64,000 nt of DNA from NCBI GenBank assembly GCA_038496445.1, contig JALMLS010000578.1:1-64000 (forward strand), given 5' to 3'. The stretch comes from Trichosphaerium sp. ATCC 40318 (taxonomy: Eukaryota; Protista; Tubulinea). Numbering within the stretch: position 1 is the first letter of the stretch; each line of letters starts with the position of its first letter. A program made the translations under genes and the position numbers. The notes beneath the pieces were generated by a model that searched no databases, had not been told where the DNA came from, and worked only from the letters and a program-made list of their open reading frames with translations. Positions 24,684 to 37,243 of the stretch are shown piece by piece.

Positions 24684-26308
24684 TTATTTGTGTACATGAA
24701 CTGCAGAAAGTGCTGAAATGCCTTTGTCTGTTATCTTGTGACAATCAAATACAGTAATAGTATTAACACCAGCAAGTGCTTTAATACCTTCATCTGTTAT
24801 CTTACAAGATGCAAGATCAATAGTATGAACACCAGCAAGTGCTTTAATACCTTCATCTGTTACTGAAGTGCAACGGAGGTTAATAGTATGAACACCAGCA
24901 AGTGCTTTAATACCTTTATCTGTTATCTTACAAGATGCAAGATCAATAGTATGAACACCAGCAAGTGCTTTAACGCCTTCATCTGTTACTGAAGTGCAAC
25001 GGAGGTTAATAGTATGGACACCAGCAAGTGCTTTAATACCTTTATCTGTTATCTTACAAGAATCAAGATCAATAGTATGAACACCAGCAAGTGCTTTAAC
25101 GCCTTCATCTGTTACTGAAGTGCAAGAGAGGTTAATATTATGGACTCCAGCAAGTGCTTTAATGCCTTCATCTGTTACCTCGCAAGAATCAAGATCAATA
25201 GTATGAACACCAGCAAGTGCTTTAATACCTTCATCTGTTACTGAAGTGCAATGGAGGGTAATATTATGGACTCCAGCAAGTGCTTTAATGCCTTCATCTG
25301 TTATCTCGCAAGAATCAAGATCAATAGTATGAACACCAGCAAGTGCTTTAATGCCTTCATCTGTTATCTTGCAAGTTAAAAGATTAATAGTATGGACACC
25401 AGCAAGTGCTTTAATGCCTTCATCTGTTATCTTACAATATGCAAGATCAATAGTATGAACACCAGCAAGTGCTTTAATACCTTCATCTGTTACTGAAGTG
25501 CAACGGAGGTTAATATTATGGACACCAGCAAGTGCTTTAATACCTTTATCTGTTATATCGTCGCACAATGTAAGATTAATGGTATGGACTCCAGCAAGTG
25601 CTGTAATGCCTTCATCTGTTATCTTGCAAGTAAAAAGACTAATAGTATGAACACCAGCAAGTGCTTTAATACCTTCATCTGTTACTGAAGTGTAACGGAG
25701 GTTAATATTATGGACTCCAGCAAGTGCTTTAACGCCTTCATCTGTTACTTTAGTACAATTGAGGTTAATATTATGGACTCCAGCAAGTGCTTTAATGCCT
25801 TCATCTGTTACCTCGCAAGAATCAAGATCAATAGTATGAACACCAGCAAGTGCTTGAATGCCCAAATCTGTTATCTTGTAGCACTCAGAGAGGCTGATTG
25901 TATGAACTCCAGCAAGTGCTTTAATGCCTTTGTCTAAAGGTACTACACTGTTATCTAGATTGATAGTATGGACCCCAGCAAATAATTCAACACCCTGTAC
26001 AGGCAAGTAGCGGTATATGTGAACTGCTGTGTGATTTAAACAACCCTGGAACGAAACGAATGTTTTTGCGCCTGTAATGCTTCGTATAAATGCTTTTTTA
26101 TAGCCTACGATATCATGGATAATAGAGGCAAACCAACGGCATGTTTGACAAACAGCGAATCGACCAATTGTCAGGAAGAGAAAGATATTAACTAAGATCT
26201 CCGTTGGCATCTCGATAAGACACTTCGGGGTGTTACTAGAAGGCTTATTAGGTGATACGAAGTTAGATAGTTAACTAAATGATACCTTTCACTTGAACGT
26301 GACTCCAT
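24684..26308 (-). CDS. F-box + LRR protein (about 20 repeats) with a probable short 5' intron (26236-26285)
   Basis: MESRSSES|NTPKCLIEMPTEILVNIFLFL...VCQTCRWF followed by ALAGVH repeats. Confidence 0.9.
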
Positions 26309-27468
26309 GTTACCCTAGTCGCGTAAAACTTAAATAAATAAATTCGAAATTATTCCACGTGTTATCAACTGGTGCTGACGAAATTAAAGTTGTCGGACTG
26401 TGTTTGACCTCACTTAACTCATCGTTCCTCGTCGTAGATCCTTTTATTACCCCTCGCAGTTGCGAGTGATCATCAAATACTTACACGCTCGACGAAGGGG
26501 GATATGGTGTCAGAAAACATATTGCGCTTTAAGCTGGGCAAAGCTATTAGTTGGAAAAAGCTGACATTACAGTAACACAGATCGGTGACTCATTTCTTAT
26601 TTTGTACAATTGGAGTGGGTTTTTTATTACTCCCCGCAGTTGAAAGATGGCGAAGGTAATTGTTCCCCAATATTCCTTGTGTGCTTAAGGGCAACCATAA
26701 AAGCTGGTTTATTTCATGGCCAGGGAGGTTTTTTGCCGCAAAGAAATAAGCAATCTTATTCTAGAAAAGTTGTATTTATAAATTCGGTAATAAATAATAA
26801 AACCAACAAACGTGTTCCTCACTGAAGTTAATTATTACCATGTCAAGCAAACCATTACCTATGTGAAATACTACTCATATTACATTTACCGACGTTGTAC
26901 CAGAAAAACATCAAGGGCGATACACGTTTTTATGGACATTGTTCAGTATTTCAAAAATGTCTTTAGCTTGATTCAATATCATAGACTAGAAGTGAAATCT
27001 ATTTACAACATTACAATGTACGAGACAAATATGAATTTCACTTCCCTTATGATGGTGTGAAAGCCCAGTTCATCCATGCAATTTATTATTTGTTGTCAAG
27101 CTATTGCAGATAGGGTCTCATAGCATTGGTGTCTAAACAATTGTATTGGGCCATTGTCAGTATCTATCTACCTCCTGGATACAGTGGAGTATCCCAACTC
27201 ATACAACTTAAACCGCTTCTTTGGCAATGCCGCCACAAGCGAACCACAGTGTTTGAAATGCATTCATGCTAGGTTTGAGAAACAAGTAAAGAGTACAGTA
27301 ACATCAAACATCACAAACAGTAGAGCTATTAAACGAGCTACCATTGGAAAGTGTTCATAATGTTATCTATAATTATGTAAATCACGTGCTTGTTTTCCTA
27401 AATCATGGATCATATTTGAACTAAATTGACCGTACAGCAAGTTGATGTCTTTCTTTATAACAGTATTT

Positions 27469-27874
27469 ATGACCGACACAACAGAAACGCGTAATGTTTA
27501 CATACCTGTGGGCGAATACCCTGCATGCAACTTTGTAGGGAGCTTAATAGGACCCAAGTACAATTTAGAAGATTTTGTTTGCATTTAAAGCTGATTCCAT
27601 CCAAGAGGAGCCACAATACAAACAATAAAGCGAGAATCAGGAGCAGACGTTAGAATTCGTGGCAAAGCAGGTGAAATAGGCCCAAATGAAGATAGGCTGC
27701 ATGTACGTATAACCGGAGATACGAAAGAGCAGGTTGATAATGCTGTTGAGCGTGTTGATGCAATTATTGAACAAAGTACGTTAACTTAAACCTAAAAATA
27801 AAGTTAGCAGTTTAATACAATGGCAATGTTGCTTACAAGCCTTAGTCATAGCCGACGCAAACGAAACAAAGTAA
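27469..27874 (+). CDS. Small single KH-domain protein (SF1/STAR-type KH)
   Basis: VYIPVGEYPACNFVGSLIGPKGATIQTIKRESGADVRIRGK...LHVRITG; two introns; last exon inferred. Confidence 0.8.
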
Positions 27875-29528
27875 CCTTTGTAACCGGTACTTACACGTTG
27901 TCTTTGATTGAAAAGAATCTTGAGATGTGGTCCTGGTTTGTGTTGAAGGAATGTTTGTTGGGCATGATACTTGGTGTAATTGTTGTTGTAGCAAACAACG
28001 TCTTGACTGCATGTTGATGTTGCATTTATACACGTAATACTGTTATCAGAGTCTACAATAAACGTAAGATTGAATATTAAATTGGTAAATGTAGTACTCA
28101 AACAAGCATTCTCATTTGTTGTACACCCAGCGTACCCAAAGGCACACGAATGTGTAGAAGCATTGTAACAAGATCCTGAGTGAAATTGACCTTGTCATAT
28201 ATTGTCAGTGACATAGAGCGAAAAAGAACTATTTTGGCGAATTTCAATCATTGTTGATTTGACAACTGGATTCTTTGAACTGTTTTCCTTGAGTGATAGA
28301 CTCTTGTCTTGTGTGTCTAATACTGAGTCTTGTGTCTGTATCACTATAATTGTAATCTCAATAAAGACGTGCGTTTCTTTCACACACGAATCATTGGTAA
28401 AACGAATTCATACTTTGAGATCCAAAAATCAATCAAATATCTATCAACGTGAAAACAATCATTATTTTCAAACTCAAACAGATGCTACACATTCGCTTCA
28501 TCTTCTTTATCCTCACAGCAGCAAATACTTCTTACTCTGTAGCAGATCTATTAAAAAAGTACATAATAGGAAATGATATTCAGGTTTTGTGCTGTATGTT
28601 ATATCTACATGGAATACCTATCAACTAATGTCTTTGTAGTATTGATAATGCATGTTGTGCTCGCTATCATTGAGCTGAGACTGCTTTATGTCTGGCAAAG
28701 AAAATTGGCGAAGCATTCGCTGATGGTGGTAAAGAAATCAACATGGAGTACTCCTACAATATGGTCTGACCATGAACAAGCTGTGTTTAGTACCCGTAGG
28801 CCTAAAGCTCTTTCTTACAGTGATAAGGTATAAAGAGAGTTGCCGTCAATGTAAAGATAATTTTTTGTAAATGTAACCTTCATGAAATAAACAAATTGAT
28901 ATTCAACTTCTGCCTCTATCATGGCTCAAAACTCTAAAATCTCACTACTTAAGTGGTACTCCACAATGTTCTTAAAAAATAGTGGGAGAAGTGTTCCACA
29001 CCATTTAAGTTCAATAATCCGCATAGCCTTAGGTCAAAACTGCCGTTTTTGAACAAATTTTGTAGAATCACTCATTTTTTCGTATCAATCCATGTGGTTA
29101 CTAAAAAAGAAACATGCACAGGTGTACAGCCCACATACCCTTTGAATAATAAACACATTGTCACATGATAACCAAGTACGTACTTTTTCTTTGTCAACGT
29201 CCACTGTTAAAAATCAGTACCACGCCTTGGTCAAATTTTAAAATGATTCTGCACGCAAAATATCAATCATGGGTAAATACGTATTGCTATTGATCGGATT
29301 CAACTCTAGAAACACAAAATCTACTCACCTCATCATGTTGTTAACTTGCTATAGTATATCGTTGCTACCTTTGAGAGATGGATATTGGCGATATTGGTGC
29401 TCTTACACCAGTAAATTTGAAATTAAGATTGGCTTGAAAACTTCAGCAAATTTGCGTGCGTCTAATTCTAATAAACGTCATGCTTTGTTACTCTTGAAGG
29501 TTATTTTATTATATTCATATTTATGATA

Positions 29529-30804
29529 CTAAGTAAAAAATACATGTGATTTTGCTTGTGTAGCTGTTATTCTATCCGCAGGGTCTTGCTGTAATAACTA
29601 AAGAAAAATAGAAGAATCTTGTTAAAAATAACGCAAATTGGATGGATTGCTTCAAAGTACCTGTATCATCAAATCCTTAGCATTGTCGCTAACATGTTCT
29701 GCAAACAAAATTGTTTTGTTATTAGTTTGTTGTCCAGCTCCAGCTGCTGATTCTCCAGATTCGTAGATTACTTTCGTTCCAGTTAGCATTTTATGCAGTA
29801 GTACGCCAAACCTATACTTATGTTATTAAATCACTTGTCATATTCTATTACTGTACATATACATAAAGAATGCGTTTATATCTGTTATATTTTGAATCCC
29901 TTGGCAGAATTCAGGTGGCTCAAAACTGTAAAAAAAAAGTTATTGATCAAAAATTCGCAGTTTTTCACTTTAACTCATACGCACCATGTATCCATTGGCA
30001 TTGTCTTGGATATACCTAGTAAAGGAATTGTTTCTATAGTTATGTTGTTTTGATTATCAACTCCTATTTCAGAAGGCTCTAAATTGCTAAAACAACATTA
30101 ACCAAAAATCGCATTATTTTCTTGTTTTCTTCTTTCATTTTTTTTTCAAGCTCAGATTTTAACGACTTATAAATATGCACGTGCCATTGAATACCATGAG
30201 GTTGTGTATCAATCATTGCTTCTAATATTTGTATGGCATAGTGCTTAACAGTATCTTCTGAAAGTAGGTTCGCATTGATTAAACCTTTGTTCATTTTGTC
30301 TTTTAACACAACTGTATCATGGAATTTTCTGAACAAGTAATACCTGCCATTGCGCTCACAAACATCCTATTTTCAGTATTAGTACCATTTATACTTTACT
30401 GTGCTGTACAGGCGGTGGTTCTACAAAAGGACATGTCAGGTTGCTTATTATCGCTTTTTCTTTGTCTGTGTGGAGTATTGGCATTGTTCTTGTGACTGAC
30501 ATCAAGTATTTAACATTAGTAGCATTATGAAGCGCTAATACACTCTAGTCGTACAAAGTAAGATTCAGAGACAAATAGAACGTTTCTTACCCTTTGCATA
30601 CGCCCACCAATAACTTTAAGCAAAGAATACTCTGAAAGGTCCAATTGCTTAAAATTTGAACCGCCTTGAGGCGCCGTGGGCTGTTGAGGCGCATTATTTG
30701 GTTGCGTACTCTACATTACGTTAACAACCATTGTAGCCGGTTACCAGGTTCTAAAAAAATACCTGTACGGCTTTTGGAGGTACTTTGGTGTTGTTCGTGC
30801 CCAT
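29529..30804 (-). CDS. AGC-like pseudokinase with an N-terminal MG motif
   Basis: YSLLKVIG, EKAIISNLTCPFV, LSEDTVKHYAIQI, PPE, FGVLLHKMLTG and LLQQDPADR are present. The beta-3 Lys, HRD and DFG motifs are absent. Confidence 0.75.
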
Positions 30805-30990
30805 TACAAGGGAAAGTTTTGATTTCATTGAAAACTTTGTTACAATTATCCGCAATTTTCTGACTTTGTTTGTGTTACTGACCGAAAGCACAAGTTCAAA
30901 ATAGAATCATGTTTATTGGTTTTTTATTAGCTAATAAATCTTTTGTTCTTGAAACAAAATCAAGAAAAAATACATCAAAATCATCTCTGT

Positions 30991-31427
30991 CTAACCATAC
31001 AGGTTGAATTTACGGACTTGCATTTCGCCGTCAAGGATTTCCTTCATTTTGGGTCTACCGGCTGCAACATAATCTTGCTTCAAATGTTTCTCCAAAGCCT
31101 CTTGGGAAGTCCAGCGCTCAATCTACCTCTTGTGTCAACCAAAGGACGATGATTCTTTTTTTTTTCGAACATCCCACGTGATAAATTTTATTTTCGATTA
31201 AAATCGCTGCGTACCATTGAGAAAAGTAGTGGGTTAGTTTGATCTTGATACAGCTCATAAGAAATGCAACCTTAGGTAAACTGTTAGCTGAGAAAAAGCG
31301 AACTTTTGGCCAACCAAACTTCTTCTTTACGTGTTTCCTTCATTGGTCCATCAAGAAACCCTTGTATTTCAGACTCTTTTCCTTCTTTGATCTTCATGTT
31401 AACTACTACGCCTATTTGAGTTGCCAT
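30991..31427 (-). CDS. ABM-family (putative quinol monooxygenase-like) protein
   Basis: MATQIGVVVNMKIKEGKE...TRKEE|GCISYELYQDQTNPLLFSM|IERWTSQEALEKH; 3' end uncertain. Confidence 0.85.
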
Positions 31428-32510
31428 GTTTGTTATAACTAGAACGATTATAATAAACTAAAGAAAATAGCAAACGACTTTGCCGGCTAAAAACGGGCAA
31501 ATATTTCTCCACTTTGATGAGGGCGAAATAAATCTACATCCCTTGTTATTGTGGCCATTGGGAAAGAGGCTGTGAATTCTTAGGAGGCAATTCACACTTG
31601 CGAATTCGCCGTAAAACGACCAATAAAAACAACGAAAAAAATTTCGAACCATCACGTTAGAGCTTTGACTCCGTCGCCTGTAAATGTATTCCATGCATAC
31701 AATTGTGCAGTGTTGACGTTGCTAATATGTGCTAGATAACATAGCTAGTTAGATGCAATTCTACTCTATTATAATCCTAATTTAACCAAGCTGTCTCAAC
31801 AGTAAAAGTGCCATTTCTCCACCGTCAAGAACGTTGTTTAGCTGTTTCACCTCTGGTGCACTCTGATAGTTACACTGATCTTCACAGTCAAACAGCAAGC
31901 AAATACTGCTAAGCATGTCTCTTATAGGTTTGCCTGCTACTTTATCAACGACTTGCTTTACACCAAGCATTTCAATAGACGTTAGTTAAACGTCAAGTAC
32001 ACGCGTATCACTTACCAGTTTGCAAACGAGGCTTGCGGTTTCATTTCAAAAATCACAATTTTGTTATTGTTGAAACTGTCTCAAAAGCGATGCCCCTTTG
32101 ACCTGTCTGTAGTACACTTTAAAACTACAATGTACCTTATCTTTGCTTACGTATTCCTTATCATCTGTATCGTACGCAGACTTTCCAACAACCCAAAAGT
32201 AGATGTTCAGTATGCAGATTCATTCTTTCCAAGTATTTCCACGAAAATATTCAATATGAACTTTGACGAAATACACACAAATGTATTCTCTGAATGTATG
32301 TCACTAATAAATTACGCTATTATCCTACAACTAAGGCCACGTCTCTCTTACACGTATTCTCATCTTTCGTGCCCTTTAACGTTTCAACTTAAGCGTTAAC
32401 TTGACGTGACTTGACAATACCAGTTATATTTGCCGAGAAAAAAGAACGGTTGGTCAACGGAGTTACAGTGAGCAGTTTCGTTCAAGTTTACAATCGGAGC
32501 ACCTCTGCTT

Positions 32511-33503
32511 ATGACATTTGAGGTATCTTCGTATACCTGTTGCATTTTCTGAAGCGTTTAATAGCAAGGAATTGTTAAACCGGATTGCTGGCTTCTATGG
32601 CACTTACCTGTTGAGATACAGCTAGATATTGTTGAATTAGACCATGAAGTTTACATAAAGTATCCTCTCTTATCAAAACAGACGGCGACAACAACAAGGT
32701 TTGATAACGAGCTTAACAAACACGGAAAATGGATAAAACGAAAATACAACAAAAAAATCAACAATCAACACAAAGAAGTGCGTATTGTAAGCGAAGAGTC
32801 ATATCTACATGGTAAACACCATGGAGAAGCTAAAAGGTGGGATAAGGAAGGTGTATTGATAGAACGCTATAACTATGTTGAAGGTAAATTAGAAGGTGAG
32901 TGTATGACATGGCCATCAACCTCTGGTCGTAACCTGAAGGTACTTCAAAATTATTCATATGGGAAACTACATGGAGAATATAAAAAGTGGATTAGAGGTA
33001 ATCTTGAGGAACATTGTTATTTTACATATGGTAAATTATCAGGAACATATAAGAGATGGTTTGATAATGGACAACTGAGAGAATACCGTAAATACAACCC
33101 CAATTCTGACATTGATGAGGAGTGTAAATATTGGGACTACAATGGTCAAATTTTGAAACATTTTCAACGTGCCAATGATAGGTATGAAGGAGAATACAAG
33201 TCTTGGTATGATAGTGGCCAATTACATCAACACATGCAATATAGCAGTGGTAGACTAGACGGAAAATTCTGTGAGTGGCATAAAAATGGAAACAGATACA
33301 AGGAGTGCTATTACAGAAAAGGTAAATTAGAAGGAGAATACAAGGAATGGAATAACAATGAAGAAATATGCAAGCAATTTAATTGTGTCAACGGTGAAGT
33401 TCAAGAAGACTCCGAGGATCAACAAAGTGATACCCAAGAAACCAATAACTGCTACCAACAGCAAGCTACAAAAGTACGAAAAAGCAGGTGTGTACAATCT
33501 TGA
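32511..33503 (+). CDS. F-box-like + MORN-variant repeat protein with a 5' intron (32523-32564)
   Basis: MTFE|QGIVKPDCWLLWHLPVEIQLDIVELD...YPLLSK...RFD...KHGKW followed by repeats. Confidence 0.88.
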
Positions 33504-33822
33504 GGAGGTATCTAATCATTTGTTAAAACCACTTGAAATAATAAACATTCTAATAACATGCCATCCCAATACCTGTAAACGTCTTTGCATAGAATTGTAC
33601 TTCTAGGTCCAAACATAAATTCACACTTTGTGTTATCTTTGGTGAGGTATTAAGGACGCCCTAAAGTCAAAGGTGGAGCAAATATGTGCAATGGTTTGTT
33701 GTTGTACAAATAACCTTAAATGCACTCTTAGTTATATACCTCTTTCAGGGATAATCTCTTCCTTTATTGTAGGATATTTTGTACATTAAAGAAATAACGA
33801 ATGTAGGAGATGTAAAATATGT

Positions 33823-34782
33823 TCAACATGTTTGTTTAGTCATTTCCCCATAAACAAACAAATTACTTTCAATAAGTTCACCTTGTTCATTCCATACCTT
33901 TTGATCTCCATCCCTCAGATCCTCAAAGTAGAATGTCCTGCTCTTTAATTGTCCACTTATATGGTATTCCATCATGTCGCCATGTATTTTACCATTTACA
34001 CACTTATACTCTTGTTGCAGTTCTCCTGAAGAGAACCACTTCCTACATTCTCCTTCAATCTTGTCATTTTTGAACATGTGACAAGAAGCTACTTTCCCGT
34101 TACTGTGCCATGCTTTATACTCACCTTCCTTCTTCCCGTTAATATAATGGTACTGTTCATACAACCATCCGTCTTTATAAGTTAGGTATTTGCCTTCAAT
34201 GTTACCATTGACACAAAAACAATATGCTTTGTAAACTCTATCATATGACCACATTGTGCATTTTCCGCTTAGTCTTCCATTGACATAATAACATTGTTCT
34301 TTTAATTTACCATTACTGTACCAACGCTTATACTCTCCTTCTATTCTGTCATTCACATAGGCACAGCTTGTTTCTAGTTGACCATTATAGTGCCATCTTC
34401 TATAAGCACCATCCTTTTCATCATTGATATAAAAATACTCTGATGTTAATTTGCCTTCGCTGCTCCAGAACTTTGCCTCTCCTTCTCTTTTCCCATTGTC
34501 GTAATGTATCAGTGTACGAAGAATGCTATTCTTCCACTTTTTATACGCACCATGGTTTTTACCATGTAGCCAACACCTCTCTTCTGAAATCTTGTTTCTG
34601 TTATTATTGAATTTAAGCCACTTACCATGTTTGTTTAAGTCAAAGTCAAATCGAGTTGTAGTCGCTCCTTGTTTAGCTAAAAGTGGCCATTTTATGTATA
34701 AATCGTTGTCTAAGTCTATGATATAATATTGTAGTTCAAGTGGAAGCTGTAGAACAGTTTCTTTGGCCGATTCTTCACTCAT
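33823..34782 (-). CDS. F-box-like + MORN-variant repeat protein
   Basis: LQLPLELQYYIIDLD...WPLLAK...RFD...KHGKW, about 11 repeats. Confidence 0.9.
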   Translation of the reverse strand: MSEESAKETVLQLPLELQYYIIDLDNDLYIKWPLLAKQGATTTRFDFDLNKHGKWLKFNNNRNKISEERCWLHGKNHGAYKKWKNSILRTLIHYDNGKREGEAKFWSSEGKLTSEYFYINDEKDGAYRRWHYNGQLETSCAYVNDRIEGEYKRWYSNGKLKEQCYYVNGRLSGKCTMWSYDRVYKAYCFCVNGNIEGKYLTYKDGWLYEQYHYINGKKEGEYKAWHSNGKVASCHMFKNDKIEGECRKWFSSGELQQEYKCVNGKIHGDMMEYHISGQLKSRTFYFEDLRDGDQKVWNEQGELIESNLFVYGEMTKQTC

Positions 34783-35299
34783 CTGTTTTTTTTTGTACGA
34801 AGCTAGCTTTTAGTTTAAATTTTGTACAAGTACGTCGTAGATATATGAGATACTAAAACACGTAATTTATGAACTAGCCTTGACTAGTCACATGTAGTCA
34901 AGGTAATCACGTTTTTATTATTGTTAGGTTGACAGTTAACAGACCGATATACAAATGTCAAGAAAGTAGAGTAACTACAAACTATTTGTGTAAAAGTGTT
35001 ATCGATGTATACTTCATCCTGCAATACTACTTATCATGACTTCAAAAAAAGCTCTTCTCTTTGAGAATAAGAGTTGCTATAAAGTAGTGTGAATCCGCGT
35101 TGACTGGGGTTTTGATTTAATCTGTCTCAGACATGTTCCCTGAGAAGCAGCCCTGTCATTCATTGCTCTAGTCGGCATTTAAAAATGCTGCCCTTTCTTT
35201 GCCACTCTTAGTATGTTTGTCAGTCTTAGCATCATTAATACACTCTTCGTAAGTAAGAAAATAATGAGAAGTGGTTTGTAATGACAACACATGCAAACG

Positions 35300-35560
35300 T
35301 TTAGGTATTGTACGTACAATGCAATTTTCAAAAAAAATATATGGCTACCAGGTTACGGTCTTAGTCAGTTATTTCAGGGGCCATTACATAGCTATGGAGC
35401 ATAGCAATACACTTAAAACTCAAATAAAATAAAATTGTGGATAGAACATACCTGTAGCCCTGTCCATGATGAATCAGATAGTTGTGACTTTGGTTCAAAT
35501 TGGTTTGCATTGCTCAAATGCTGTTCACACTAAAACGTACCACAGCACAGCCTTGCCAAC
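35300..35560 (+). repeat. Dispersed repeat copy
   Basis: Aligns with 21170-21535 (-). Confidence 0.8.
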
Positions 35561-35791
35561 GAAGAAAACCTGAAGGTTCTTGTTGTTGCTCATTCCGTTC
35601 ACAAGTAATCATCCATAATCACATGGTAGGTCCTTTAAAATTGTAAGTAGAAAGACCTTAATCAATCATCAAAAAGTTTACACCAGTGGCTTGGTTTTGA
35701 ATAATTATTTTGACTATTGTTGTTTGAAACACTCCTTTTTTCTTTGAATTCATTAACTTCTTTTTGGCGGTATTGCCAACACAACTCGTAG

Positions 35792-36700
35792 ATGTCAGTC
35801 GCAAAGCGATCCAATGCAACCAAAATAGATACTCCATCTCTCCCACCTGAGTTGTGGTGCATTATCCTCAACCATGCCTGCGAAGACTCTTATTTAGAGA
35901 TTGGACGCGTTTCCTTGCGTATGGCTAGCCTTACAATGAAGCGCAGAGCGCTAATTGTAAAAGAACGCAAACTAGACGCAGAGTTCAATAAGACCCGTGA
36001 ACAATTAGGCTATGGTACCTATACGCGAAAGGAGATCGATTCCTATTGGTGTTTCATCGCTAACTTGGATTGGAAGTATCATTGTACGTTTTTACACAAA
36101 AACGGAGTTGGGTGCCTTGTTTTTACCTCTAAAAGAGTGTCACGCAGTTTTTTGGTCTCGTAGATGACCACGGTATTAATTCGTGCTGCTAACCTTTAAA
36201 TGTTAGCACAGGAGCAAGTACACGCCATAATGGCTAAGAAGACATTAAAAGAGTTATCAAAAATGTACTGCATACAGAGCAACTTGACAAAGCAAGTTGT
36301 CAAAAAAGGAGAAATGTACATGAAGGAACATCCTGGTATTTATTTACCAATTTATGATGATGGTGGTATGGATTTTACAAATGACGTATCTACAGACGAA
36401 TACAACTACAAATAGTACGTGAATAAGAATAAGATGATACACCATTTTATGGTGTAGCACGTGTGTTCACTTGTTAACACAAAAGTAAATTTTTTTTTTT
36501 GTAGTTTCATGGTTGATCCAGGTGCTTTTGAAGGTAGTTCTGGTAAAGAGTGTTTTGTTTACTTGTGGCATGATATCATTGATGAACCGTATTCTTATAA
36601 CCTTACACCTGAGCAGCTAGATTATTATAGAACAAACCTTGCTAATTCTGTGCTTGCACGTGATGTTGAAGAACATTTAAAGAAATTCGGTGTGAACTAA
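35792..36700 (+). pseudogene. F-box + SMI1/KNR4 (SUKH)-like gene with an in-frame TAA in exon 2
   Basis: PSLPPELWCIIL F-box; YLPIYDDGGMD...YFMVDP...VYLWHD resembles the SUKH core. TAA lies at about 36197. Confidence 0.6.
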
Positions 36701-37243
36701 AAAGAAAAAGAAAAATAAAATACTGGAGAGGCCAGGCCATACCTCAGCAATAAAGTTTCGAAAACAATTCTTTTTGAGTCGTGTAAGGTTGTACCTCACT
36801 CCAGTAGCACACTGATACAGAAAGTTATCGTAGAAATTGTCACTTAACCATTTTTGGGTTTTCACACGTTGATAGTGCTTGCAGAAGCAAATAACAGTTT
36901 GCAGTCTCAGTACAAGGCTGAGTCACATCTATTAACGCTTGCCGGGTTTTGTGTCCAGTTGCACATGTAACTGAATGTAGCTGTGGTCAACAGTATCGTA
37001 GACACAATGACAAAAAAAATGCATTGAAAAAAAAGAGCTAACACGTGTCACAATAATATTTTAGCACTAGCTGAACTTCTTCTTTTAATGTACATATAAA
37101 AACCTGCACGACAATATGCAGAGTACAAACAAGTTATTTACTATTCAAATAGATTGTTTTTTTGTTTTGAACCAGTGCAGTAAGTAAGATACTAGTTTTT
37201 TAGAATTTTTTTGTATAATAGCATTGTATGCTTTGTACCAATA

